From an uncultured bacterium (GTDB lineage Bacteria; Abyssobacteria; SURF-5): 17,715 nucleotides of DNA. Numbering within the stretch: the stretch's first letter is position 1; every line of letters begins with the position of its first letter. The notes under the pieces were generated by a model. The model had not been told where the DNA came from, ran no database searches, and saw only the letters and a list, made by a program, of their open reading frames with translations. The stretch is from NCBI GenBank assembly GCA_964510165.1, contig CAZEBC010000069.1, forward strand, positions 1 through 17,715. Direction: 5' to 3'. A program made the position numbers and the translations under genes. Of this stretch, positions 9,389 through 17,462 are shown piece by piece.

Positions 9389-10054
9389 TCATATCTTCCT
9401 CAAGGATGAAACCATCTTCAAAGCTTCCTTGAGCGCGTTCGAGGCGCTGTCGGCGGTGCCGTCCGCGCCGAACTTGTGAACGATTTCCTCCGTGACCGGA
9501 GCGCCGCCGATCATGATCTTGACATTCGGGTTCCTTTCGCGAATCAGCTTGATCACGCGTTCCATGCCGAGCATGGAGGTCGTCATCATCGCCGACAGAC
9601 AGACAAGCTCGGCGTTCGTCTTGAGCTGTTCCGCGACGAAACTCTCGAGCGGGACGTCCTTGCCCAAGTCGTGCACCTCGAAGCCGGCGACCTCGAACAT
9701 CATCTTTACCAGATTTTTTCCGATATCATGCACGTCGCCCTGAACGGTGCCGATAACCACGACCCCCTTCGTCTTCTGCGTGTCTTCTATCTTCATGTGG
9801 GGCCTCAGGATGCTTAGGCCCGAATAAAGTGCGTCCGCGCACAAGAGCAGTTCCGGCACGAAGTATTCCTCTTCTTCCCATAGGCGGCCCGCCTCCTCCA
9901 TCCCTTTGGCCAGCCCGTTCATAATGGCGTCATACGCATCAAGCCCGAGTTCGATTACTTCATTTGCGGCCTTTACCACCTCGTCCTCTTCGAATTTGAG
10001 GACTCCGTCGGCCAGTCTCTTGAGCAGTTCGAGTCGCTTTGCTTCGTCTGCCAT
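9389..10054 (-). CDS. Methyltransferase cognate corrinoid protein (MtaC/MtbC family)
   Basis: Cap domain GLAKGM...YFVPELL, base-off/His-on motif GDVHDIGKNLV, LSAMMTT, IGGAP. Start moved to ATG 10054 (MADEAKR, preceded by GAAGGGA). Confidence 0.93.
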   Translation of the reverse strand: MADEAKRLELLKRLADGVLKFEEDEVVKAANEVIELGLDAYDAIMNGLAKGMEEAGRLWEEEEYFVPELLLCADALYSGLSILRPHMKIEDTQKTKGVVVIGTVQGDVHDIGKNLVKMMFEVAGFEVHDLGKDVPLESFVAEQLKTNAELVCLSAMMTTSMLGMERVIKLIRERNPNVKIMIGGAPVTEEIVHKFGADGTADSASNALKEALKMVSSLRKI

Positions 10055-10083
10055 TTTGTGTTCCCTTCTCTGAAGTCTTGCCT

Positions 10084-11112
10084 TTAAGCTCTTCGCATGC
10101 TTCTCACCGTGCGAACCAGCGCCTCCATGTTCTCCTTTGGGGCTGTCGGCCAGATATCGCAGCCCGGCCATACCGCATCCACTCCGCCGCTCACGCAGTC
10201 CTTGACCGCCTTTTCGACGTCGGCGGGAGTACCCCTCACGAGCACGTTAAAGGGATCGAAGTTGCCCAGCAGAATCGGTTTGGGTCCGATGGCGGCCCGC
10301 GTTTCGCTCAGTTCGTTCTTCTGATCGACGCTCAGCGCGTGTGCCCCACATCGGTTCATGGAGTCAATGATCGAGTTGGTCTTGCCACAGATGTGGAGCA
10401 CTAATCTCCCCTTCGAATTATTAAAAATCCGCCTCAGATGCGGCTCAACAAGCTTCTTGAAAAGGGCGGGCCGCAACACATCGGAGCATGCGCCCATCTC
10501 GCGAATGGTAATGTAGTCGGCGCCCGCCTCGAAATAAATCTCGGCAAATTCTATCACGAGGTCGGCATAAAGACGCAATACCTCGTCCACGCGCTCCGGG
10601 TTCTTCAGGCATATCTTCAGCAGGTCGTTCAATTCCATCGTCTGACCGGCGATGGTAAACGGACCCATCACATATGTGCCAATAGCGACGTTATCGCCGA
10701 TATCCCGCTTCAACATGCGAATGGCCTCGATGACCACCGGTACCCTGCCAGCGCCGGAAAGCCTGGCGGGAACGCGCACGTCCGCCGCCGATGCAACCAC
10801 CTTTTCTTTCACAGTCGGGTAGAGGATTTCCTCCGGATTGACATTCGTATAGAAGTTGATCGGACATCCGAGCGCCTCGGCCTCGATCGCGACATCGAAG
10901 GGAACCACTGCGCAATCGAACCCGAACAGCTGGTAGGTCGTGGCCGCCAGCGTTGCCATCTTGCGCGCATCGGTATGCGCTTCGGCAAAACGAACTCCGG
11001 TCTGCTTCATCCCTTCTATCGTGACGTTTCCCATCCCGCTGAAACACAGGATTCCCCCGTCACGCCTGCCGTCCAACAGATTCAGAACTTTTTCTCGTGA
11101 ATTCACGCGCAT
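10084..11112 (-). CDS. MtaA/CmuA-family methyltransferase (uroporphyrinogen decarboxylase fold, Zn-thiol type)
   Basis: PFDVAIEAEALGC, GRVPVVIEAI, GPFT, LHICG and PGCDI (H-x-C...C zinc ligands), GNFDP. Confidence 0.88.
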   Translation of the reverse strand: MRVNSREKVLNLLDGRRDGGILCFSGMGNVTIEGMKQTGVRFAEAHTDARKMATLAATTYQLFGFDCAVVPFDVAIEAEALGCPINFYTNVNPEEILYPTVKEKVVASAADVRVPARLSGAGRVPVVIEAIRMLKRDIGDNVAIGTYVMGPFTIAGQTMELNDLLKICLKNPERVDEVLRLYADLVIEFAEIYFEAGADYITIREMGACSDVLRPALFKKLVEPHLRRIFNNSKGRLVLHICGKTNSIIDSMNRCGAHALSVDQKNELSETRAAIGPKPILLGNFDPFNVLVRGTPADVEKAVKDCVSGGVDAVWPGCDIWPTAPKENMEALVRTVRSMRRA

Positions 11113-11123
11113 ACTCCTTGTTC

Positions 11124-12065
11124 CTATCCCCTCAATTGCTCCACAAAGTCCTTGAACAAGGTTCCAAGCGGATGCCGAACCTCCGGAAGCTCACCGCTCT
11201 CCGCGTATCTGAACGTTGCCTTGATTGACTCTGCCACCGCCGCAGCCGCAAACACTCGCTCGGCGCCCGGCATCGGGCCGAAGAAAAGGAAGTCGCTCCA
11301 TAACAGCGCCGCGATCGCGTGCGCCGCCGCATCGGCCCCAACGAAACTGGACCGCGACCCGAATCGCCGTATCTCCTCCCACATGTACGTCCCGTTTGCG
11401 GGAGAACACCCCACGGGGAGTCCAAAGCGTTCCTTGATCTCAAAACCGGCCTGCATCGAAAATGCCATGGCCGCCAGATTCATCACCGTCGTGTCGATCA
11501 GAATGCTGTTGAATTCACCCTTCTTGACGATGGGCAACAACCTCTCGAGCGATTTGAGCCTTCCACTGGCGAGTTTGTCGGCCTCATCGAACACTGCAAC
11601 CACCACATGGCGCACCCCGGCCCCGGCCAGTTCCTCAACTTCCGCTGAAAGGTTGGGGTTCCATGGGTTCAGGCTGTTGTAAACAAGCCGGTCGAGCAGC
11701 CCGGCGCCCGACGCCCTCCTGGCCGTCTCGATCCTTACCTCAGGACGCCAGGAGTCGATGCACAGAGGAATCTTCGTTTCGGCGGCGACGAAGTCCAGGT
11801 AGCCCATCAATTCATCAGCCGAGTTGCCGATGAGGTCCACCATTGCCGGAATCGCGGTCTGCTCCGAGAATTCCTCCAGGCGTTTGATTTGAGCGCGCGC
11901 GGCCTCTTTGTCAAATGAGCCTTGTTTCCGGTTTCGCAGCAGCCTGTCACCCTTGTGGAACATCGAGCCGATAAGGACGGTCGGAATCGCTCCCGGCTGC
12001 CCGCCCACCTTCACGCCGCCGATGTCAAATACTTCTTGCTCTTTCTGGAATCTGAAGTGATTCAC
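11124..12065 (-). CDS. MtrH/MtgA/CmuB-family pterin-dependent methyltransferase (tetrahydromethanopterin S-methyltransferase subunit H-like)
   Basis: N-terminal F.FQKEQEVFDIGGVKVGGQPG..PTVLIGSMF is the MtrH signature; also IDS, VYNSLN, GLPVGC, DFLFFGP. GTG start. Confidence 0.88.
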   Translation of the reverse strand: MNHFRFQKEQEVFDIGGVKVGGQPGAIPTVLIGSMFHKGDRLLRNRKQGSFDKEAARAQIKRLEEFSEQTAIPAMVDLIGNSADELMGYLDFVAAETKIPLCIDSWRPEVRIETARRASGAGLLDRLVYNSLNPWNPNLSAEVEELAGAGVRHVVVAVFDEADKLASGRLKSLERLLPIVKKGEFNSILIDTTVMNLAAMAFSMQAGFEIKERFGLPVGCSPANGTYMWEEIRRFGSRSSFVGADAAAHAIAALLWSDFLFFGPMPGAERVFAAAAVAESIKATFRYAESGELPEVRHPLGTLFKDFVEQLRG

Positions 12066-12157
12066 TTTCTATAGACCTTTCAAGAGAAAACTGACTGCTC
12101 TGCACCACTGACTATCAGTTTCTTGAATGCGCTCCGTTGTTTTGTTGTGCTTTGAGT

Positions 12158-12187
12158 TGTAGGGGCGGTTCGCGAACCGCCCTTACA
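12158..12187. repeat. GTAG-tagged REP-like palindrome
   Basis: TGTAGGGGCGGTTCGCGAACCGCCCTTACA is a near-perfect palindrome with a GTAG tag. Confidence 0.8.
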
Positions 12188-12209
12188 GTTCGTCCGGCTT
12201 GGTGATTTT

Positions 12210-12284
12210 CCCCCCAACCCTTCCGGTGGGAGAGGGCGCACTCATATTGACCCTCTCCCTCTGGGAGAGGGCAGGGTGAGGGGG
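12210..12284. repeat. BoxC-like CCCTCTCCC..GGGAGAGGG..GGGTGAGGG repeat pair (one degenerate copy, one intact copy)
   Basis: 12251-12284 CCCTCTCCCTCTGGGAGAGGGCAGGGTGAGGGGG; 12210-12236 CCCCCCAACCCTTCCGGTGGGAGAGGG is a degenerate copy in the opposite orientation. Confidence 0.7.
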
Positions 12285-12312
12285 CTTTGGTTGCGGCTCC
12301 ACCGCTCCGTGA

Positions 12313-14256
12313 TCATCCGGGCAACATTCCCTCAAGACTTGGAAAATGGTCGGACATATGGGGAAAGTGCATTGCCTCAACGAATTCCCGCTCGAACTCC
12401 TTTTCCAGTGTCAGTTCCACATACTCCACGCGGCGGGCCTGCTCCTCGGCTTCACGTCTCTTATTCACATCCAGCAGTGCCATTCGCGCGCCGTCGCCGG
12501 CCGCGTTGCCGACCGCGATGACGTTCTCAATCGGACAATCCGGAAACATACCCATTACCATCGCGCAGGTGCGGTCAATGTATGTTCCAAAAGCCCCCGC
12601 CAGCACCACGCGGTCAACCTTTTCGACGCCCAGCTTGCGCATCAGGATTTTCGAACCGGCATAGATGGCGCCCTTCGCAAGTTGCACCGCGCGCACATCA
12701 CCCGCCGTGATGGTGATGTCCCTGCCGATGGCGGTTTCTTCTTTCGGCACAAGCACGAATTCGCGCGTCTTGCCGTCTTGAATGAGCCTGGACGTGGTGA
12801 GCGACTTGTTGATCCTGCCGCTCTTCTCGATGACGCCAGCCCGGAACATCTCCGCTATCGCATCTATTATGCCTGACCCACAGATGCCGCGGGCAAGCTG
12901 ATGGTCCTCTCCCGCGATGATCTTGTATTCCACTTTGAACGTTTCGGGATTGATTGCGACCCGTTCCACTGCGCCCGGTGCGGCACGCATCCCAAACTTT
13001 ATATGCGCGCCCTCGAGCGCCGGACCCGTCGCGCACGACGCCGCCAACAGCCTGTCGCGATTGCCCACCAGAATCTCGCCGTTCGTGCCGATGTCGATGA
13101 TGAGTTGCATCTCATCCTTCTGATACGGCGCCTCCGCGATCAAGACTCCTACATTGTCCGCCCCCACAAACCCGGCTTCGTTCGGCAGTACGTGAACATT
13201 GGCGGAGTCATTGACCGCAATCCCGAGTTCCTTCGCCTTCACGTCGAGCGCGCTCTGCACCGCAGGCACAAACGGCGATACGCCCACGCCCACCGGCGTG
13301 ATATTGAGGAACAAGTGGTGCATGACCGTGTTGCCGACCACGCACAACTCGAGAATATCGTCGGGGCAGATTTCCGCTTTCTCACACACGTGCGATACGA
13401 TTTCGTTCATCGCCCCGATTATCTCGCGATGCAACTCTTCGAGGCCGTTTTCATGCGTCATGATGTAGGTGACGCGCGACATGACATCTTCGCCATATGC
13501 GACCTGCGGATTCATGAACGAATGGGTGGCGGCGACCTCTCCGGTGGCGAGATTACAGAGATATCCGGCGACGGTTGTCGTGCCAATATCAACCGCGAGG
13601 CCGAAACACTTCATCGAGCCGCCCGGCACAACCCGCAATATCTCGCGGTTCATCCAGACTGCGACCGAAACCTCCCAATTGCCGTCACGGAGCGCGCGAG
13701 GGAGCCTTGCCAGAACATCCCGTCCCGCTCTCAAGCCGATTAATCCATGCTGCGACTTCAACCCTGCGGTCAGCCGTTCGTAATCTCCGAGCGGGTCGGC
13801 CAGTGTGGGTTTTTCCAACTTCGCCGTATGGACTCTGACGGCGGGATTAAGCTCGATCTTGCGGAGAGTGACTTCCTTTCGGACAACCTGTTTGCCGCCC
13901 CGGCTCTCCTCGGGAACATGGATGAGCGCATCGCCCTGAACTTGTGTCGCGCATGCCAACCGGTAGCCCTCTGACAGTTCCTCATCAGTCAGGAACTTCT
14001 TTTCTTCACTTGTGAGAGGAGAAAGATGCTCCGTCCGGCTTTGGATGCCGTGACGCTCGAAGAAGCCCTCCAGCACTCGGACCTTGCATTTGCCGCACGT
14101 CTTCTTGCCGCCGCACACAGATTCGATATCAACGCCAAGCTCGCGGGAAACCTCGAGGAGGTTCTTGCCCTCCTCGACTCGTCCGCGTTGGCCGGAGGGC
14201 TGGAAGATTATGAGATGGTTCCGCAAAATTCGCTCCTTATTCCTGTTCTCCCCCAT
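12313..14256 (-). CDS. ATP-dependent reductive activator of corrinoid proteins (RACo/RACE; N-terminal 2Fe-2S + ASKHA domain)
   Basis: CGGKKTCGKC...RLAC [2Fe-2S] motif, DIGTTT, NPQVAYGEDVMSR, GNTVMHH, FVGAD, DIGTNGE, GPALEG, GICGSG, QLAKGA, LAGAFG, GNAAGDGA. An alternative TTG start at 14226 has an AAGGAG SD. Confidence 0.93.
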   Translation of the reverse strand: MGENRNKERILRNHLIIFQPSGQRGRVEEGKNLLEVSRELGVDIESVCGGKKTCGKCKVRVLEGFFERHGIQSRTEHLSPLTSEEKKFLTDEELSEGYRLACATQVQGDALIHVPEESRGGKQVVRKEVTLRKIELNPAVRVHTAKLEKPTLADPLGDYERLTAGLKSQHGLIGLRAGRDVLARLPRALRDGNWEVSVAVWMNREILRVVPGGSMKCFGLAVDIGTTTVAGYLCNLATGEVAATHSFMNPQVAYGEDVMSRVTYIMTHENGLEELHREIIGAMNEIVSHVCEKAEICPDDILELCVVGNTVMHHLFLNITPVGVGVSPFVPAVQSALDVKAKELGIAVNDSANVHVLPNEAGFVGADNVGVLIAEAPYQKDEMQLIIDIGTNGEILVGNRDRLLAASCATGPALEGAHIKFGMRAAPGAVERVAINPETFKVEYKIIAGEDHQLARGICGSGIIDAIAEMFRAGVIEKSGRINKSLTTSRLIQDGKTREFVLVPKEETAIGRDITITAGDVRAVQLAKGAIYAGSKILMRKLGVEKVDRVVLAGAFGTYIDRTCAMVMGMFPDCPIENVIAVGNAAGDGARMALLDVNKRREAEEQARRVEYVELTLEKEFEREFVEAMHFPHMSDHFPSLEGMLPG

Positions 14257-14271
14257 TCAACTTAACCCCTC

Positions 14272-14346
14272 AAAATAAAGCGCCTCCCTTTCGCCCAAAG
14301 CATGATTCCATCCATAATCGTATGGGCTTGCCGAGAGGGAGGCGCT
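14272..14346 (-). terminator. Long GC-rich hairpin with U-rich tail between the 593-aa gene and RACo (terminator/attenuator candidate)
   Basis: Arms 14279-14293 and 14332-14346 match at 14 of 15 positions (AGCGCCTCCCTYTCG). On the minus strand the hairpin is followed by TTATTTT. Confidence 0.5.
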
Positions 14347-14361
14347 CCCGAGTTCCGCCTC

Positions 14362-14390
14362 ATGGTATCAGAACCTTTCATGAAATTCAA
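14362..14390 (-). promoter_or_regulatory. Possible internal sigma70 promoter upstream of RACo
   Basis: Minus strand TTGAAT-N17-TACCAT with an extended -10 TG; overlaps the palindrome TTTCATGAAA (14376-14385). Confidence 0.35.
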
Positions 14391-14395
14391 TCGCG

Positions 14396-16177
14396 TCAGC
14401 CTTCAATCTGCCCCGCAATGCGCACCGCAAGCATGGCCACCTTTTCGGCCCGCTCGCGTGCCCCGGGAATCGCTGTCGAGATAAACCCTCCGGCTTCGGC
14501 GAGTTGCGCGGCCTCTTGAGGCGAATGCCTTCCCATTGCCGCCGCCACGGCGGCAGGAACAGTAATGTTCAGGATAATATTCGATCCCATGAGCATCTCA
14601 TTTAGCGGAACGGCGGCAAACGGGATGAACGACAACACGCTTTCATCCTTCTCCCGGACTGCTTTCGGAATTACTTTGTGGGCCAGTCCCTCGAAGCGCA
14701 TGGTCTGGTCTCCGATGGTAATCTCGACATCGGCGTCAACATCGAAACTCAAGTGCCGCTTTGCTATGTCGTCCGGCCTCCGTGCCCCGCACGCTATCTT
14801 GGAGAACCTGATGCCTATTTCCTGTCCCATTTGTTTCATAAAATAGGTGGTGGCGCCTTTTTCAGCCGAGACCTGTCGCTCCTCGTCGAGCGCTCTGACA
14901 ACGGAGCCCAAATCGGCCCCCTCCGAGAGCATCACGTATGCTTTTTCGGCGCGGCGACGAACGGCCTCGATCTTGATCCCTTCCGTTCCGCGGATAATGG
15001 CTCGCGTGACAGGTCCTCGCCGCAGTTGCTCGGCCTTCCGGGCCACCACATTGGCCGACACTTTCCCGATTTCCGGGTCCATGAAGTATTCGTGCCGCAC
15101 ATCGTGAACGATAGTCGCCGCCATTTCCTCGTCACCGTTGTGCTCGATGAGCGCGAGAAGAGAGATGACTGCGTCAGTGGTGACCCGGCTGAGCACGCTG
15201 GCGACCGGTCCGCTGCCTCCGCCGCAGCCGATCCAGCCGCCTTCTTTGAAGCAGCCCAGTGTGTCGTCAAGCGTAATCATCGCCATGACGCTGGGTCCGC
15301 CGATATCCTTCAGGATCAATCCCAGGTCTCCCACCACCTTCGCCGTGTCAACCTCGCGGTCAATGCCCTTGATATGCAGCGTTTCCGGCAGACCAGTGGC
15401 CATAACCGCTCCCTGGCCGGCAAGCTGAGTGGAATTGATCTTGCTGTAGTTCCCGTATTCCGGCGAGACGCGGGCATCGGGATGCACGATCTCGAGAATA
15501 GCCGCAGCCCCGAAGAGCGCCGACATGATCCGGTTCGGCTGCATCCCCGCTCCCGCGTAAGCGTTCATCATCGCCTCCGCCCCTATGCGGGCGCCCTCCC
15601 TCGCCATGGCGGGATATACGATATCCTCTCCGAGCGCCGAATGCCCATAGATGGGCCCCCGGGCGACGCCATTGGGGACAAGCCGGCCGTCTATCGGGCT
15701 TAGCTTCCCTTCCTCCATAGCACGGTAGATGGCCATCACCGCCGGAAACCCCGAAATCTTGCTGTTTGTCTTCGGGGTGGGAACGGCCACCACCCCGCAG
15801 CGGTCCGCGCCCGCAATCATGCGCGCCATGGCCCCCAGCTTGCGGTTGCCCGCCGCAACACCGGCCTGAACATTCGAGCCCGCGAAATAAATGAGCACCG
15901 CACTCAGGAGCGCCGCATTGGCGGCATCGGCGCCCGCTGCCTTCGCGGCGCTGATGCACTCCTGGAGAACGTGATCGAGCGGGATTTCGGGCGCATTCTC
16001 TGAAGTCACCTTCAGCCTGGTCCCTCGCAGAAATTCTTCCGCGATCACGTTCGCGATAGAGAACACCGCGAAACTGAGCATCCCGTGGCCTTTCATCAAC
16101 GCCTCGAGACGGTCGCACGTCATGAGGTCAACATCCGCTATCGAGGCCGTCATCGCGGCGAGGACTTCTTTCTTCAT
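14396..16177 (-). CDS. Hypothetical protein (593 aa, Ala/Gly-rich, apparently soluble, no family recognised)
   Basis: Long ORF with protein-like composition, AAGGA SD, co-oriented and tightly packed between the LarC-like gene and RACo. Confidence 0.85.
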   Translation of the reverse strand: MKKEVLAAMTASIADVDLMTCDRLEALMKGHGMLSFAVFSIANVIAEEFLRGTRLKVTSENAPEIPLDHVLQECISAAKAAGADAANAALLSAVLIYFAGSNVQAGVAAGNRKLGAMARMIAGADRCGVVAVPTPKTNSKISGFPAVMAIYRAMEEGKLSPIDGRLVPNGVARGPIYGHSALGEDIVYPAMAREGARIGAEAMMNAYAGAGMQPNRIMSALFGAAAILEIVHPDARVSPEYGNYSKINSTQLAGQGAVMATGLPETLHIKGIDREVDTAKVVGDLGLILKDIGGPSVMAMITLDDTLGCFKEGGWIGCGGGSGPVASVLSRVTTDAVISLLALIEHNGDEEMAATIVHDVRHEYFMDPEIGKVSANVVARKAEQLRRGPVTRAIIRGTEGIKIEAVRRRAEKAYVMLSEGADLGSVVRALDEERQVSAEKGATTYFMKQMGQEIGIRFSKIACGARRPDDIAKRHLSFDVDADVEITIGDQTMRFEGLAHKVIPKAVREKDESVLSFIPFAAVPLNEMLMGSNIILNITVPAAVAAAMGRHSPQEAAQLAEAGGFISTAIPGARERAEKVAMLAVRIAGQIEG

Positions 16178-16198
16178 AATTCGGTCATCCTTTCGGAC

Positions 16199-16699
16199 TC
16201 ACAAGTCGAGCTCTATTTGATCGTTCCCGTTCATTATCTGCGATTCGAGGCGCCCGCGCAACTTCGACAGTGAAACTCTTGTCTTTAGTTTCTGCTCCAC
16301 TTGCTCGCGCAATCGCACGAGGTCGGCGTGCTCGACCCGGCAATCGCCCGTCCCGTGCCCCGATACCTTGGAATGGATGTGTGTTTCCAATCGAGTGCGG
16401 CCTTTCCGAATGATCACCGTGTGGCTTTGCTGCCGACATCGAGAACAGTAATGAGAAGTGAGAATTCGATGATAGCCGTAAACCGACAATTCCTCTGCCA
16501 AAAGACGCGCCCATTTGGCCTCATCATCCGGGTCGATGTCAATCAAAAGCACACAACTGGGGCGGTTTCTCTTGGTTGTTCCGGGCAACGCATGCACGTT
16601 ACGCGCGCCCCACCGCATGATCTGGTCAATCGCAAAGCCCAACTCCTCGCCCGTAAGGTGGTCCACCTGAGCCAGAATCAGCATTCCATCCTTCTTCAT
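16199..16699 (-). CDS. LarC-family (nickel insertion protein) C-terminal-domain-only protein (LarC2-like)
   Basis: AQVDHLTGEELGFAIDQIMRWGARNVHALPGTTKRNRP resembles the LarC C-terminal pattern (xNxDDxxxExxGxxxxxLxxxGAxDVxxxPxxMKKxRP), and RVEHADL resembles KPEYED. ATGA overlap with tetR. Confidence 0.72.
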   Translation of the reverse strand: MKKDGMLILAQVDHLTGEELGFAIDQIMRWGARNVHALPGTTKRNRPSCVLLIDIDPDDEAKWARLLAEELSVYGYHRILTSHYCSRCRQQSHTVIIRKGRTRLETHIHSKVSGHGTGDCRVEHADLVRLREQVEQKLKTRVSLSKLRGRLESQIMNGNDQIELDL

Positions 16700-17388
16700 T
16701 GGCTCTCCCGGCGAGGCTTGCCCCGCCTCCTTCCGCTGGATGGCGAAAGCAGCCCCTTCAGCCAGTCCATCATGCGGTCCACTATCCGGGTGTGTGTGGC
16801 TTCATCTGCGCTGAACGGCATATGAAAAAATTCCTCCAGGCGGATGCGATGGTATTCCGAAACAAATCCGGCGTAAAGGAAGAAGCAAAGGCTGCTGACA
16901 AGGTGGGCCGTCATCTCAACGTCAATGTCCGGCCGGACTTCCCTCCGCTCGATGCCCTCGACCAATATCGCGCGGATGTTCTTGAACACCGTGGACTCGG
17001 CGCGTTGCGTGACTTCCCGAGCGAAGGGGTCCATGTCGGATGTGCCGAGTTGCAGCAGTATTCGAAATGTATCGTTCCGGGCTTCCGTCTCGGTCTGCTT
17101 ATTTTCCAGAAGCATTCGGATTTTCTGGAGGCAGGTCGCCTTGGCGCCAAGTACACTGCGCATGTACTCATCCTTGCCTTGAACCTGTCGCTCAATTACC
17201 GCACGATACAAGTCCGCCTTGCTCTCGAAATATTTGTAAAGAGCTCCATTGCTGATACCCGCGCGCTCGCAGATGTCGTTGATGTTCGCCTTGTGGTAGC
17301 CTTGTCTGGCGAATTCTATCTGGGCCGCGCGCAGCACGCGGTCTTGCTTTTCTTTCGGGATATTCTGGAACGTTCTGCCCGGCGCCAT
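16696..17388 (-). CDS. TetR/AcrR family transcriptional regulator
   Basis: TFQNIPKEKQDRVLRAAQIEFARQGYHKANINDICERAGISNGALYKYFESKADLY HTH. ATG 17388 is preceded by AGGAG and is preferred over TTG 17412. Confidence 0.93.
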   Translation of the reverse strand: MAPGRTFQNIPKEKQDRVLRAAQIEFARQGYHKANINDICERAGISNGALYKYFESKADLYRAVIERQVQGKDEYMRSVLGAKATCLQKIRMLLENKQTETEARNDTFRILLQLGTSDMDPFAREVTQRAESTVFKNIRAILVEGIERREVRPDIDVEMTAHLVSSLCFFLYAGFVSEYHRIRLEEFFHMPFSADEATHTRIVDRMMDWLKGLLSPSSGRRRGKPRRESQ

Positions 17389-17436
17389 TGCAACGCTCCT
17401 GTGTCTGCGCAAATGTGCGTCGCCTGCATGGAGATG

Positions 17437-17456
17437 GAGAGCGACCGTTCACTCTC
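17437..17456. promoter_or_regulatory. Putative TetR operator palindrome
   Basis: GAGAGCGACCGTTCACTCTC is self-complementary at 16 of 20 positions and starts right at the predicted +1 of the adjacent promoter. Confidence 0.6.
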
Positions 17457-17462
17457 TAAAGA

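Noticed and set aside
9040-9479. Small ORFs overlapping the tRNA (9040-9321, 9115-9303, 9216-9479)
   Set aside because: Explained by the tRNA, its promoter and its terminator; no protein-like features.
11113-11126. Pyrrolysine-type UAG read-through of the MtrH-like gene into the MtaA-like gene
   Set aside because: The next gene is out of frame and has its own AAGGAG SD. The MtrH-like protein is already of normal length.
12183-12380. 65-aa minus-strand ORF containing PHPALSQRER
   Set aside because: It is the translation of the BoxC-like repeat and overlaps the RACo 3' end.
14257-14395. Cobalamin riboswitch upstream of the corrinoid genes
   Set aside because: No B12-box or other conserved cobalamin-riboswitch elements are visible here or upstream of tetR. 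Kept only as a generic hairpin/attenuator candidate.
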